From Macrostomum hystrix (Eukaryota; Animalia; Platyhelminthes): 64,000 nt of DNA. Location: assembly GCA_950097015.1 (NCBI GenBank), contig CATNEN010000001.1:16864001-16928000 (forward strand), read 5' to 3'. The position numbers and the translations under genes are program-made. The notes under the pieces were generated by a model. That model was not told the origin of the DNA and searched no databases. It saw only the letters and a program-made list of their open reading frames with translations. Positions 25,101 to 36,660 of the stretch are shown in pieces (the first letter of the stretch is position 1; the number at the start of each line of letters is the position of its first letter).

Positions 25101-25829
25101 TTTCTGGCGTTCCGTCTCCACGTGATGTGGTTTAGGCTGCGAGCGCTCGCCACACGAAAGTGAATGAACTTATGGTCAGAGAGGGACGGCACCGGGAGCA
25201 CGCGCCACACCCCAATACTCTGAAAGAGCTTGGGTGAAGCGAGCGTGGCGTCAATCACCTCTGACCAGCGTCCATTGTCGAAAGTAGGCGTAGACCCAGA
25301 GTTACAGAACTCCAGGGTCGTAGAGGTAACATAGGACAGGAGGTCTTCGCCTCTCTGGTTTATCCCTGTGCTGCCCCAGTGGGTATGGTGGGCGTTGATG
25401 TCGCCGGCGACCATCAGCTCATAATTCCTGGCAGAGCAGAGTTCGACCAGGGTGGTGAGCGTCCGGGGGGACGACCGCTACGTCACCTGGTAGGTAAACC
25501 GAGGCAACGAGGGTGGTTCTCCCAGGCAGCAGATCCTCAGATTGAATGACGCAGATATCCCCGTTAGACAGGTCGGGTCTGAGCCAAGCACCGAGGGTTT
25601 TGGCCCCGAAGATACAGGCTCTAGGTGGCCGGTTCGCCTCGCGGGGGCTAACGCAGAAGCAGTTGTACCCAGAAGGCACGTTTTGGGGCTTACCTTTGGA
25701 GGTCCACGGCTCCTGGACTAGGATGAGACCCGGCTTGTCGAGCTCGGCTTGACGCATCAGGTTAGCCGAAGCTGCGACGCTGTGTTGCAGATTAATCTGC
25801 AGGCAGCTAATTCCTGGACTGCTGATCAT
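22124..25829 (-). CDS. Retrotransposon ORF2: AP endonuclease - reverse transcriptase - RNase H - CCHC finger (one frameshift near 25465)
   Basis: LQINLQH, LVQEPW, GDINAHH, SDH; KAPGPDG, FRPISL, QGGVLSP, YADD; YTDGS, HSDSQAAL, WIPGH, GNELAD; CPFC...HFVCHC. Confidence 0.92.
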
Positions 25830-27386
25830 GGCCGCGCAGTCGGGAGTCGCGTAGCAATTCCTCCTCTTCCTTTTCGGAGATGGAAGGCTCGCAAAGCTCC
25901 ATGGGAATCTCGGCGTCCCCGGCAGTCAGGGTGGCTGAGGAGCCCTCAGCGGGCATTTGCCCAGCAAGAGTGTCTCCCTCGCCGTCCCTTTGCGTCGTGA
26001 CGCCGATACTGCCCAGGCTCGCCTCGTCGGTCAGGTCAACGTGGATGGCGCGATCCGCCTGGTGAGTGCTAGCCTCAAACCAGTCAGTCGGCGCCTCTCC
26101 TCGTCGCTCCTGCCCCACTGGCTGCTTCGGTGGAGCGTTCGATGTGTGGGCCCGCTCAAGGTGCGCCCTGAGAGTCCTGGCTTGTTCCAGCGCACGCTGG
26201 ACCAGCCCAGATCTCCGGGTGGACCTGGCAGGCCTGCGGTCGCGAGGTCCGGATTCGGCAGCGCGGGCTGCTTTACCGGGGTGGGGATCCACCGTTTGCC
26301 TCTGCTTCTTCGCCGGAGGAGCTTGCGCCCCGGATCCGGACTCAGGAGCTTTGGCTTTTTTGGCTTCGCCAGCTTTCCTCTCCTCGCAGCGGAGGATGGT
26401 CAGCTGAGTTAGACCAAGGTGAATGATGGACTTTGGCGGCAAGCGCTTCGTCCACGCATCCGAGAGCCCCAGGATCACCGTGAACCCGTCTCCTTGCGGG
26501 AGGAGGCATGGTGGAGGAGCCCGTTGGCCTCAAGGTCGGGGTGCAGCTTCAGCAGAATCTGCCTAAGCTGATCCCCAGATTTGATGGCACTGCCATTCGG
26601 AATCCAAACGCGGAAGCGTTCGGTTTTAATGCGTTGGCCTTCGCTGGCGAAGGTGAGTTTGCCGAGCTTCTTGGGCCATTTTAGCTGTGGCAGAAGCTCG
26701 CGTAGAGCTCGGCTGCTTTCCTCGGAGTTGCACCAGATGAAGATGCAGCCGTCCGTTTTGGCCGATTTGACCACGCTCACCGGGCGGCCTGCCAGGAGCT
26801 GGTCAATGAGCGCAGCGTCGATGATGCGCCATACACTGTCGAGCTGCTCGGCCGTGAGGTCTTGCTCTTCCCCAAAAACGATGACCGCGGGTTGGAGCAT
26901 GGCACTGGCCTTGGAGGCGTAGGACTCCTTGGCCTTGGTAGATGGTTGGCTGGCCGGGGCCTCGCTCGCCATCGTTGCATGTGTGGCGGCTCCAGATGGC
27001 CCAGCCACGTTGCCGGTGTTTGAGTTGCTGGTGGGCTCAGCGGGTGGTGACCCCGCGGAGGCGGTTTCCCGAGGGGCTGAGGTGGCGGTGGCTCCTTTCG
27101 GCCCAACCGCTCCTACGCCCACTTGAGGCACCACCTCCGCGGATTGCCGAACCGCGGCCTCCCTCTCTCGCTGTCGCCGACGCCGTTCGTTGCGGCGTTG
27201 GTTGCGGCCTTGACGGGCTTCCTTGGACCGGATGCCTGGGGGTCCGGGGACAGGTCCACCGTCAGGCAGGGCGGAAGCGGGTCCGGTAGCCTCCGGTGGG
27301 GCGACGTTGGCGCTGTTGGAAGCGGCCGGAGCAACTGGGGGGTTTCCAGTTTCACTATCTTTAAAAGATTGAGCAGAAGAAGCCAT
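25807..27386 (-). CDS. Retrotransposon ORF1 (gag-like), apparently split by a frameshift near 26480
   Basis: Abutting ORFs 26475-27491 and 25807-26478 lie upstream of and overlap ORF2; low-complexity basic N-terminus. Confidence 0.7.
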
Positions 27387-27554
27387 TGCTGAAAGCGGGA
27401 GGAGGGTGAGAGGTGACTCACAAGAAAAGAGAGAGAATAAAAAGAAACCGCTAAAGACCGGACTACTCCCCGGCCAAGCGCCCTTCGGCACGGCGAGACC
27501 TTGGGCCTTAGAGGGCGGCAGAAAGCAGCGCCAGACCCGCAGTTAACCTGCGTA

Positions 27555-28385
27555 CCCTGTTAAGGTCGAAGGGTGACACCTTTCCCTCAGAGCCGTAGCC
27601 AGAGGTACCTGATCACACACAGGTGCACGAACGCTGCGGACTGGCCGCATACCCTGTTAAGGTCGAAGGGTGACACCTTTCCCTCAGAGCCGTAGCCAGA
27701 GGTACCTGATCACGCACAGGTGCACGAACGCTGCGGACTGGCCGCATACCCTGTTAAGGTCGAAGGGTGACACCTTTCCCTCAGAGCCGTAGCCAGAGGT
27801 ACCTGATCACGCACAGGTGCACGAACGCTGCGGACTGGCCGCATACCCTGTTAAGGTCGAAGGGTGACACCTTTCCCTCAGAGCCGTAGCCAGAGGTACC
27901 TGATCACGCACAGGTGCACGAACGCTGCGGACTGGCCGCATACCCTGTTAAGGTCGAAGGGTGACACCTTTCCCTCAGAGCCGTAGCCAGAGGTACCTGA
28001 TCACGCACAGGTGCACGAACGCTGCGGACTGGCCGCATACCCTGTTAAGGTCAAAGGGTGACACCTTTCCCTCAGAGCCGTAGCCAGAGGTACCTGATCA
28101 CGCACAGGTGCACGAACGCTGCGGACTGGCCGCATACCCTGTTAAGGTCGAGGGGTGACACCTTTCCCTCAGAGCCGTAGCCAGAGGTACCTGATCACGC
28201 ACAGGTGCACGAACGCTGCGGACTGGCCGCATACCCTGTTAAGGTCGAGGGGTGACACCTTTCCCTCAGAGCCGTAGCCAGAGGTACCTGATCACGCACA
28301 GGTGCACGAACGCTGCGGACTGGCCGCATACCCTGTTAAGGTCGAAGGGTGACACCTTTCCCTCCAGCCGGGGCTAGAGGTACCC
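27555..28385. repeat. 97-bp tandem array (8 full units plus a partial unit) in the retrotransposon 5' UTR
   Basis: Units start at 27555, 27652, 27749, 27846, 27943, 28040, 28137, 28234 and 28331 and are nearly identical. Confidence 0.95.
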
Positions 28386-28943
28386 AGTTTGGCCAGAGGC
28401 CCTGGATGGGTCATCCAGCGCTGTTGCCCATTCTGTCCGGCAGCCCTAGGGTCAGCCTTGAACACTCGCGGGACGTGTACCCATGGGTCAGCTGACGGGA
28501 CAGCGTGGAGGGATTCCTGCACCCGAAGGCACAGGGCTCCCTCCTGCCAGGCCTGCTCAAAAAGCGACTGCAGGTGTGAGGCATCGCAGACCTTAGCCCG
28601 TGGGCCTGGTCTGACTCATACCTCACAGGCGCTGTGTCCCGCCGGTGCGAGCGCTATTAGGGAGACTCGGTCAGGGAGATTTGGAGTTGGAGTGAAAATG
28701 TGCATTCTGTTTGGCGGGTGGGCCTCACGCCATTTAGTCTATGGGGGAACTTAATGACTTTGCAGACTGTATGAAAAGCGTTTTGGTTTTCAAATAGAGT
28801 TAGTTGTACGAAAATATCTTCCCGAATATGTTCGGTGCTTTAGCGTTTTCATGCGTTTTCATAGCGAAATCTTTGATCTAAAAAAAGAAGGCGCCGCAGT
28901 ATGGTATCGCCAAGCGACCGGCACCAGTGGATACGGGCATCCA

Positions 28944-29320
28944 TGGGGGTCGGTGGCAGAGCGGTTACCGCGCTTGCCTCTCGCACCACGGTCCCTAAGT
29001 TCGATTCCACGGCGAGGCCACATTTCGTATTTGGGGCGCAGCCGCGGAGAGAAGGCTTGGGGGCTTGTCGTGCAATTTACGCCCTTAAGGGCCAACCTCC
29101 TAGGCACAGTGAAAGTGTGCACTGCCTGACGATGAGAAAGTCAGGGCAGATGTACACACCTGTGTGAGCGTATGCCTGGGTACAGTATCTGTGTGCGTGT
29201 GTGCTCAGGAGTCAGCGAAATGGGCAGAATTGCCTTCTCGCTGGCTGAGGATCTAGTGTCATCAAAATGATGTGCCATTGCCCGCAGCCCTCCTGCAATT
29301 ATTGTTATTATTATTCTTCT
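28944..29320 (+). mobile_element. Full-length tRNA-derived SINE (family 2) with 44-bp flanking direct repeat
   Basis: A-box ggtggcagagcgg, B-box agttcgattcc, (TTA)n tail; duplication at 28900-28943 and 29321-29364. Related copies at 12225, 47400, 51754 and 59366. Confidence 0.85.
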
Positions 29321-31294
29321 TATGGTATCGACAAGCGACCGGCACCAGTGGATACGGGCATCCAAGGCCTACAATACTTGGAGTACATGTTTTTAATTGT
29401 CCCTAATCTTCTGTGTCATTTTCGCAAAAGAACTGGTTTTCAAAACCCGAAAAATCAGATTTTTCCTTAATTTGAAATTAAGATGAGCAGCTCTGAGCAG
29501 CTCGATTGACAATGGGACACCTGGGGTTAACATTTTAGCGGACTTTAATTTCCTATCGTCGACTTTTACTGTAAAATTACACCTATACTTTACCGGTACA
29601 TGATTAATGATATGCTATTCGAAATCATTTTTTAGGTATAAAAGTACGTTTTTTGGCCGATTCGACGTGTCAACACGTCCAACTGGGTTTCTAGATAAAT
29701 TTTGACATGGAAAGTTAAGCTCGACACAGCTTTGTTTTAGCGCAGTAGGCGCCTAAACCCGGAAAACGTGATTTTGGCCATTTTCGCTCATTTTCACCGT
29801 ACATAGGTCCAAAAATTTACGAGTTTTGATTTTCTCGCAGATTGGCGAGCACGATCATGGCAGCGGAGTGTACTCCTTGCTCGTGAAAATGGAGAATGAG
29901 GAGCCGTCTAAAACGGAAGAAGAAGAGGATACAGAGCGGCATGGTTCATAGCAGCAATGGCCATGCGTGATCCTAGGCGACTGACGCCGTCCTTATCGAG
30001 GTACAGGGCAAGCTGCGGGACGACCTGACAGTTTTCTGGCTTGCGTGAAGAAAGAGCTGCAATCGTGTCCGTGTGTTGTCGCGGTTGGGTATGTTTGACT
30101 CATAACAGGAGGGCTTTGTCCCGTTCATTAGCATCAGGAGTGCTGGTGGCCTTGACGCGTGTGGCAAATCGAATTACATAAGTCATGAAACCAAAAAATT
30201 TGCTAAGGTGGCTAAATCGTTGGATGTCGATGTCGCCGGGCGCTGATGCCGTTTCTCGTGCGGAGACGACAAGAGAGGTGACTTCAGAACTCTTCAGAGG
30301 AGCAGTGTCTTTAACGGCGCTATAGCTATAGTTGGCGGCTTCCAGTGGAACGGCTGACGCAGGAACTTAGGACCAGTATATGAAGTTAAGTAACTGGAAC
30401 ATTCGCACAGGCTTCGTGCAGTGATCGGCCGGATTTTCTGAACGTACGGAACATATTTTCCGCAACATACCGGTGGTCCTCGGTAAATGGAGAATCTATA
30501 ATTTCTTGGATGCGATATTTCGTGTATTGGTAGATGTATATGGCGGCCCGCTAAGCTTTAGAAGAGCCATCACTGAACACAACAAGGCGACAGGGTTCAA
30601 GCCGGTCCGTAATGCATCTTCGGTGCATGACGCTCTGTTCAATATTCTCAAAGTCCTCTCGAAGATCATTCCATTCGTCTATGGTAGTTTTATCTGCCGG
30701 TTTGTCCTACTTATCTCCTGCGGTGAACGACTTGTTATAGAGAAGGCGGCCAGCTAGTAGGATCGGTGCTGCGTATACGAATGGGTGGTAGGGCTTTGCA
30801 ATGTTGCTAAGGAGGCTCGCCCGTGTGTCAGAACGTGACTTATCATGTAACACGGCTTTGCGAGTCTGACAGTGTCTTGACCTGTGTCGCAAACGATACC
30901 GAGGTTTTTTTACAACTGCGTCGGCGATTCCACCGCATGTGGCAGATCTTAGAGGGTCCTCAAGTCGTTGGAGGCAAATTCTCGCAGGTGAGAGCATGCC
31001 GATTTGAAGAGATTGCGAAGACCAGCGATGATACGAGGGCCATCACTTGCTTGGCCGTAGCCTTGAACCAGATTGTCCATGTTCAGACCAACAAATCGAT
31101 GCATCGAAAGGAATGCATGAATGAAAGTTTAAGTGAATTTCTGGCTCAATCTTAACGATAGAGAAAACATTGAGGGGCATGTGTCTGCCATCCGATGTGG
31201 CTAGCTCAAGTTAAACTAACTCGGCACTGATAACACGACGAGCTGTGGCTTGGCTCTTGTAAGGCGCCAGTTTGACAGGCGTCCAGTCCGGCGA

Positions 31295-31460
31295 GCCTCC
31301 TGAGAGCAAACCACGCAGAGCTTCAAATTTGTCGACCTCCGAGTAGCCGACTTGGTTGATTCTGTGGTTGAACGAGTTCCAGAAAGCACGGGAGCTCGCG
31401 ATATCCTCTCCATCAAACGACTGCAGATGCACCTTTTTAAGCACAGTGTCGGGTAGGTTG
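31295..31460 (-). mobile_element. BEL/Pao LTR-retrotransposon gag (DUF1759-like) fragment
   Basis: LQSFDGED...FWNSFNHRI...SEVDKFEALRGLLSG matches the pattern of Pao gag. Confidence 0.6.
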
Positions 31461-31683
31461 ATGACAGACAATGCGGTGGTTGATGACAGTAAAAGCGGTT
31501 GTTGATGACAGTAAAAGCGGTGGTTGATGACAGTAAAAGCGGTTGTTGATGACAGTAAAAGCGGTGGTTGATGACAGTAAAAGCGGTGGTTGATGACAGT
31601 AAAATCGGTGGTTGATGACAGTAAAAGCGGTTGTTGATGACAGTAAAAGAGGTGGTTGATGACAGTAAAAGCGGTGGTTGATG
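31456..31683. repeat. 22-bp tandem repeat (gttgatgacagtaaaagcggtg)
   Basis: About 10 tandem units. Confidence 0.9.
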
Positions 31684-32431
31684 AAGGTAGATCAGTGGAT
31701 GATGATGATAGTGAAAGCTCGCTAAGAGCATTCGTTGAACATTTTGCACGACTCTGCCCTCTATAGTCGATTGCGCAATGAGCTAGCTTGTATACTGCTC
31801 AAACTTATAAGGTCAAGCCCGTTATTCTGAAGACTTTAATAGAGTACAATCATCGACTGTCAAATCAATGCAAAACACAAACACGTCCGAAGTATCATGT
31901 CTGAACTCAGCGTTGACCATAAGATCCAATACTTAGTTATTTGGACAAACGATATTCTGAGCAGAATTTTTCTTAATCGAGTCAGTGAACCTGGCGAAGG
32001 CTTGAATAATCGCAGCTAAAAGAGAAAATTAAAAAATTCATCTAAAAATGGCTGCGAACCCGAAAGAAGTTCAATGTTAATTAGTCTCAACATCTTGACC
32101 ATGAAAAACAAGTTTCATTAAAAAAAGTTTCGCAGACAACTTTGCCATTGTGTCTAAGAAGAAGAAGTGTCTAAGCAGTGACTTGTTTACTACGAAGAAC
32201 ACAATACCACTGGGCATTGTGGCTTCAATTTATTACTTTGCCGCCCTTTAGAATGGCAGCTAAAAATAAGGAGGCCACAAGGCAACGCGGAAAACAAAGT
32301 CAGTGGAAAAACGTGCCGATTTCGAGTGCATAAAAGCGACACCGCTGGACGCTGAGAGACCTCTCCAAGCCAAAAACTCGATCTCAGCTTCTCTACCAGC
32401 TTCATCAAGCTACAGCAGCAGCAACACAATC

Positions 32432-32701
32432 ATGAGTTGGCAGTTCGCTCTCGGTCTTCTGCTCTGCGCAGCTCTGGCAGCCGCCAGACCCAGCCAGGAG
32501 ATGTCGGAAGAGGACGCGGAGTCGCTGCAGGCTCTGGAGGCTCTGGCCGACTTGGACGAGCCCAACATGACGGAGGAGAAGGCCATGGAGCTGGAGAAGA
32601 AGTGGCTGCGTCTGCGCCGCATCCGCATCAGGTGGAGGCGCGTGTACCGCATCGCTAGCAGGATGTACAGGATCTACCGCTCCCTGCGCCCCGGCAAGTA
32701 G
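32432..32701 (+). CDS. Secreted cationic prepropeptide copy 7 (89 aa, LRP-GK type, R2S)
   Basis: Intact ORF MSWQFALG...SLRPGK with the promoter block and conserved 3' UTR. Confidence 0.85.
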   Translation: MSWQFALGLLLCAALAAARPSQEMSEEDAESLQALEALADLDEPNMTEEKAMELEKKWLRLRRIRIRWRRVYRIASRMYRIYRSLRPGK

Positions 32702-33152
32702 AGCTGCTGCGGGTCTCGTTTCTGACACCTGGTTACTGACCGGACTGCACCCTCGACTCGCTCGCACAATTAACACTATTGTACACGCTCAAATGTGCAC
32801 TTTTCTCGAAGTTCAAGCCGAGTTTAGTTAAACAAGGATTCATATATCAAGTTTTCATGTTTTTTACTATGCAGAATTAGTGTCACCCAGAATGTTAACT
32901 CCGTGCTCGGTCCTTGATGAAAAATACATTGTGGTTCAGCCCTTCGAGCAATCAGTTTGACTGACAAAAATATCACTACATGTAGAAAAAAACTAATTAA
33001 TTAATTTTCATATTGGCTTGAAAATAGCTCTGACATTGGTTCTATTATTGCTGGTCGGTAGAAATTCGGGCGACTATGCGGAATCCTGATTCCGCGGACT
33101 GAAAAACAGGAACAGTGGTGTGCTGGCTTTGAAATCGCGGCTCAATCACTGC

Positions 33153-33430
33153 GGCTGTGCCACCGGCTGTGCCACTGGCTGTGCCACTGGCTGTGCCACT
33201 GGCTGTGCCACTGGCTGTGCCACTGGCTGTGCCACTGGCTGTGCCACTGGCTGTGCCACTGGCTGTGCCACTGGCTGTGCCACTGGCTGTGCCACTGGCT
33301 GTGCCACTGGCTGTGCCACTGGCTGTGCCACTGGCTGTGCCACTGGCTGTGCCACCGGCTGTGCCACTGGCTGTGCCACTGGCTGTGCCACTGGCTGTGC
33401 CACTGGCTGTGACACTGGCTGTGCCACTGG
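33153..33430. repeat. 12-bp tandem repeat (ggctgtgccact)
   Basis: About 23 near-perfect units. Confidence 0.95.
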
Positions 33431-33825
33431 ATGCGCAAGGCTAAATATCTTTTTATCTCTTAATTTGCTTTACCTATTGATAATACGAGCGTATCACTCA
33501 TCTTGTCGGAAATAATAATTAAATGTGATTAAATGTGAGAGAGGAATATTAAAGAGTATGTAGCTGCCAGTAGTTCTAAAGCAACCCCTGATCGAATTCG
33601 TCTTAATAAATTTGCGTCTTAGCCTACTACATTATTTGCGTACAAACTGAGTCGACGCATACAGAAACAAGCAGCTGATGTAGCAGTAACAGCATTTATG
33701 AGTGGCTTTTCGCTCTCGGACTACTTCTCTGGGGGCACTGGGCCAGTCCCGCAGGAAGCTATGTCAAGTATGTTATTTTCCCTAAAAAAATCTTCATAGA
33801 TTTGCCGCAAATTATCGATGCGCAA

Positions 33826-34112
33826 CAGTGGCGGCGCAGGACCTCCAGCTGGGGGGGGGGCGGTGGTTGGGTGGTCACCCCCCTGGCTGGGTGGTCACCC
33901 CCAGAAAAAAATCTAAAAAAAATCAAAATATAATCAAAATCAAAATATCAAAAAAGGTCTCAGGTGACCACCCCCATGCCCCATGGGGTGACCACACTTT
34001 AGAAAAAATATGGTAAAGTACCAATTTTTTTAAGTGGGTGGTCACCCCCTGAGGGTGGTGAGGGGTGGTCACCCGGGGGCAGCCCGCCCCCCGCCCCCCT
34101 GCGCCGCCACTG
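33826..34112. mobile_element. MITE with 15-bp TIRs (cagtggcggcgcagg), hAT-like ends
   Basis: Perfect terminal inverted repeats and internal ggtggtcaccc repeats; no TSD evident. Confidence 0.6.
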
Positions 34113-36660
34113 TGATTTGCGAGCATTTTGTGGGTTTCATTTTCTTGTTGTTTGCAGCAGTATATACGTAATTTGCGATCGATTTTTCGAATATACTATT
34201 TTCCTAGAAATCTATTTCAAGCGGGATCGGAACAGTAGTTTTTCGATGCTTGACTTAGTAAAGTAAAGCTAAAATTGTAAAGTTGTTATTCAGCGAAGCA
34301 GGGCTGACGTAGTTTTAACTGTCTGTTTAATGAAGTCAAAGCGTTTTGATGTGTTTGATGACATCATTTGTGACTATAATTTATTACATTAAAAAAATAA
34401 GATTGATAAGATTATTGAATATTGATTATGAATTTGTTCATGATCTTATACTCGTTAGTCGTATATGCATATCACATGTGATAAGTATATTGCTATATAA
34501 CTGTTGTATATTTACTAGAACTAGAAGTACCTGTATTTGAATTTTTGTGCAATGTGCTTTTTTTATAAATGTTTGACAATTAATAATACAATTATCGGCA
34601 TACTGCCATATCAAAAATGGAATTAATAAATGCAAGCAACTGGTTGATAATGACTAATTATTTAAGCAGTATTTCCTGAAGCGTGAATGTACATTTTTAC
34701 TATTTGTATAAATTGTAGCTACTTTTGCTAGTACGTGAACAAGCCCTATAAACTTAAAAATTATTTCATTTTTTACTATTATTATTGGTCTAGACCTGAT
34801 TTGGTATCCATGTCTGTCTATTTTGATGTTGGCAAAAATTTTTGGCAGCAAAGATTAAAGAAAAAAGAGAAGTAATTTAATAGGAAATTATATTTGATTT
34901 TATTATAGAAGTTTTAACAACTTTTTATGGTTACAATATATAAAAATGACAAAAACATGTGCAACTGGCTGTACCACTGGATGCACAAGGCTAAATGTCT
35001 GTAATAGTACTGTACTCAGAATCCTCAGATGGGATTGTAGTATGCTACTGAGAAAATATTTAGCTGAAGGTAACAAGGCAAGAATGAAATAATATTTGTA
35101 TCTTAGACCTTATGACCCTTTCATTTCTCTCGTTCTCTTAGGTTTAGGCCATAGACATAGCCATACACTGCCATGTCATTTGAAGAGTCACAAATGTTTA
35201 AGTATTTACTTGCAGTTGCTAAGCAACTTGTTATCTTATGTAAAGTTATTAAATAGCAAAACTAGCAGGATTGCAGAAAATGCACTTAGGCAAGTTTAAT
35301 ATAGTTCAGTATGCAGCTATTCTGGTCAGAGTTGAATCTAACAAATAGTCTTTTTGTGCTATACTACATATAGACTCTCTGATTTTCATAAAACAATGCT
35401 TGCCATGTCCAAATATATCCAAACTGCATGTAAAATGATTGGAATCAAGTATATAAAGTGTATTCTATAAACTTTATAAATATAAAGTGCTCCTGCTATC
35501 TTTTTGTAAGTAATCCATTTTACTGCACTTTGATATATATTGTCCATTGGCATCTAGGTTTTATATGAAGCTAGCTACTTCATTACATTTTACTGTCCTA
35601 GGGCTAATTAATCCTACTGCTGTTACCAAAGTTGCTGTAGTAGGCCTACTATCTTCTTTACTAAACTCTTAATTCTAATAAGGCCACCAAAGTTGTTGCA
35701 TGGTTATTTTACAATAGGTAATATCTTACTGAATATCACCAATTGAATGTCTTTTATTATTCGCTTTATGTACTTCTTATTTCAATTCAAATTGGTAGCA
35801 TTTATGTATTTTAATCTGGTAGCATTATATGTTCAATATGGCTGATATTTATCTTCTATGTTCACTTCTATTTATAACCTTACTGTATTATTTCTATAAG
35901 TACTCTTTATCAGTCTTTATCCATCTTTATCAGTCTTTTATCACTCTTTATCCGTCTTTATCAGTCTTTATCACTCTTCAATTACTCTTTAATCTTATCT
36001 TCAATTCAATTGTCAGTCTGTCTTGGGCTTTACCAGTGGATCTAGATTTACAGCTCTCCCTTAGGCCTACTCTGTTTACTTCTCTTTCGCAATGTCTCTT
36101 TCAAATAACTTCAACACGAACACTTCAAGATTCAAGCTTTCTTTATTTTGAACTCTGTCTCAAACAAGGGTTATTTCTTGTCTCTTTTGCTCGTGTGTAT
36201 TTATACTCAAACTTCTCCTCCTCCTCACCTCTGAGACTTCATTAAAACCTTTTATTTTCAGTGCGATTAAACAAATTGGTGCATTCAAACAAATTTTACA
36301 AAAAGTTTAACAAAATACTAAATTTTCATCGGAAATGGTTTCAAGGAATTGTACAAACGTGGGCCCTATCTCATTACATGAAACTTTATAACCACTTTTA
36401 CTTAATTTTTACTTGCATTTTGAAATCCAATTGAAAAAACTTTCCCTAAAATGTAGCTTGAGTGACCTGTCACTGAAATGGGTGTTGCCAAAAATGGTTT
36501 GTCACTGAAAATGGCTCGATTAGGCCTATCTTCTTAATTGGCAAAAGTGCAGTTCCATTCAGTATTTTTTTTTAAAATTGCACTTTAAGAACTATTTAAC
36601 AAAGAGTTTGATAAAAACAACAAGTATTAGCTTATTTATTAATTATGCAAGTTAATTATA

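Larger units (their letters stand above)
22011..28652 (-). mobile_element. Full-length non-LTR retrotransposon with RNase H (I-group, LOA/Lian-like)
   Basis: 12-bp TSD gctattagggag at 21999-22010 and 28653-28664; (TAAGTCAAG)n 3' tail; ORF1 plus ORF2; tandem-repeat 5' UTR. Confidence 0.92.

Noticed and set aside
27555-28385. Possible CRISPR-like array
   Set aside because: Whole units are identical with no unique spacers, there are no cas genes, and the context is a eukaryotic LINE UTR.
29120-29155. Hammerhead-like CTGACGA...GAAA in SINE family 2
   Set aside because: No stem II, and CTGAC pairs with the downstream GTCAG as a simple hairpin.
29870-31160. Coding-like stretch, possibly a decayed transposase
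   Set aside because: Fragmented ORFs with no motif I can assign.
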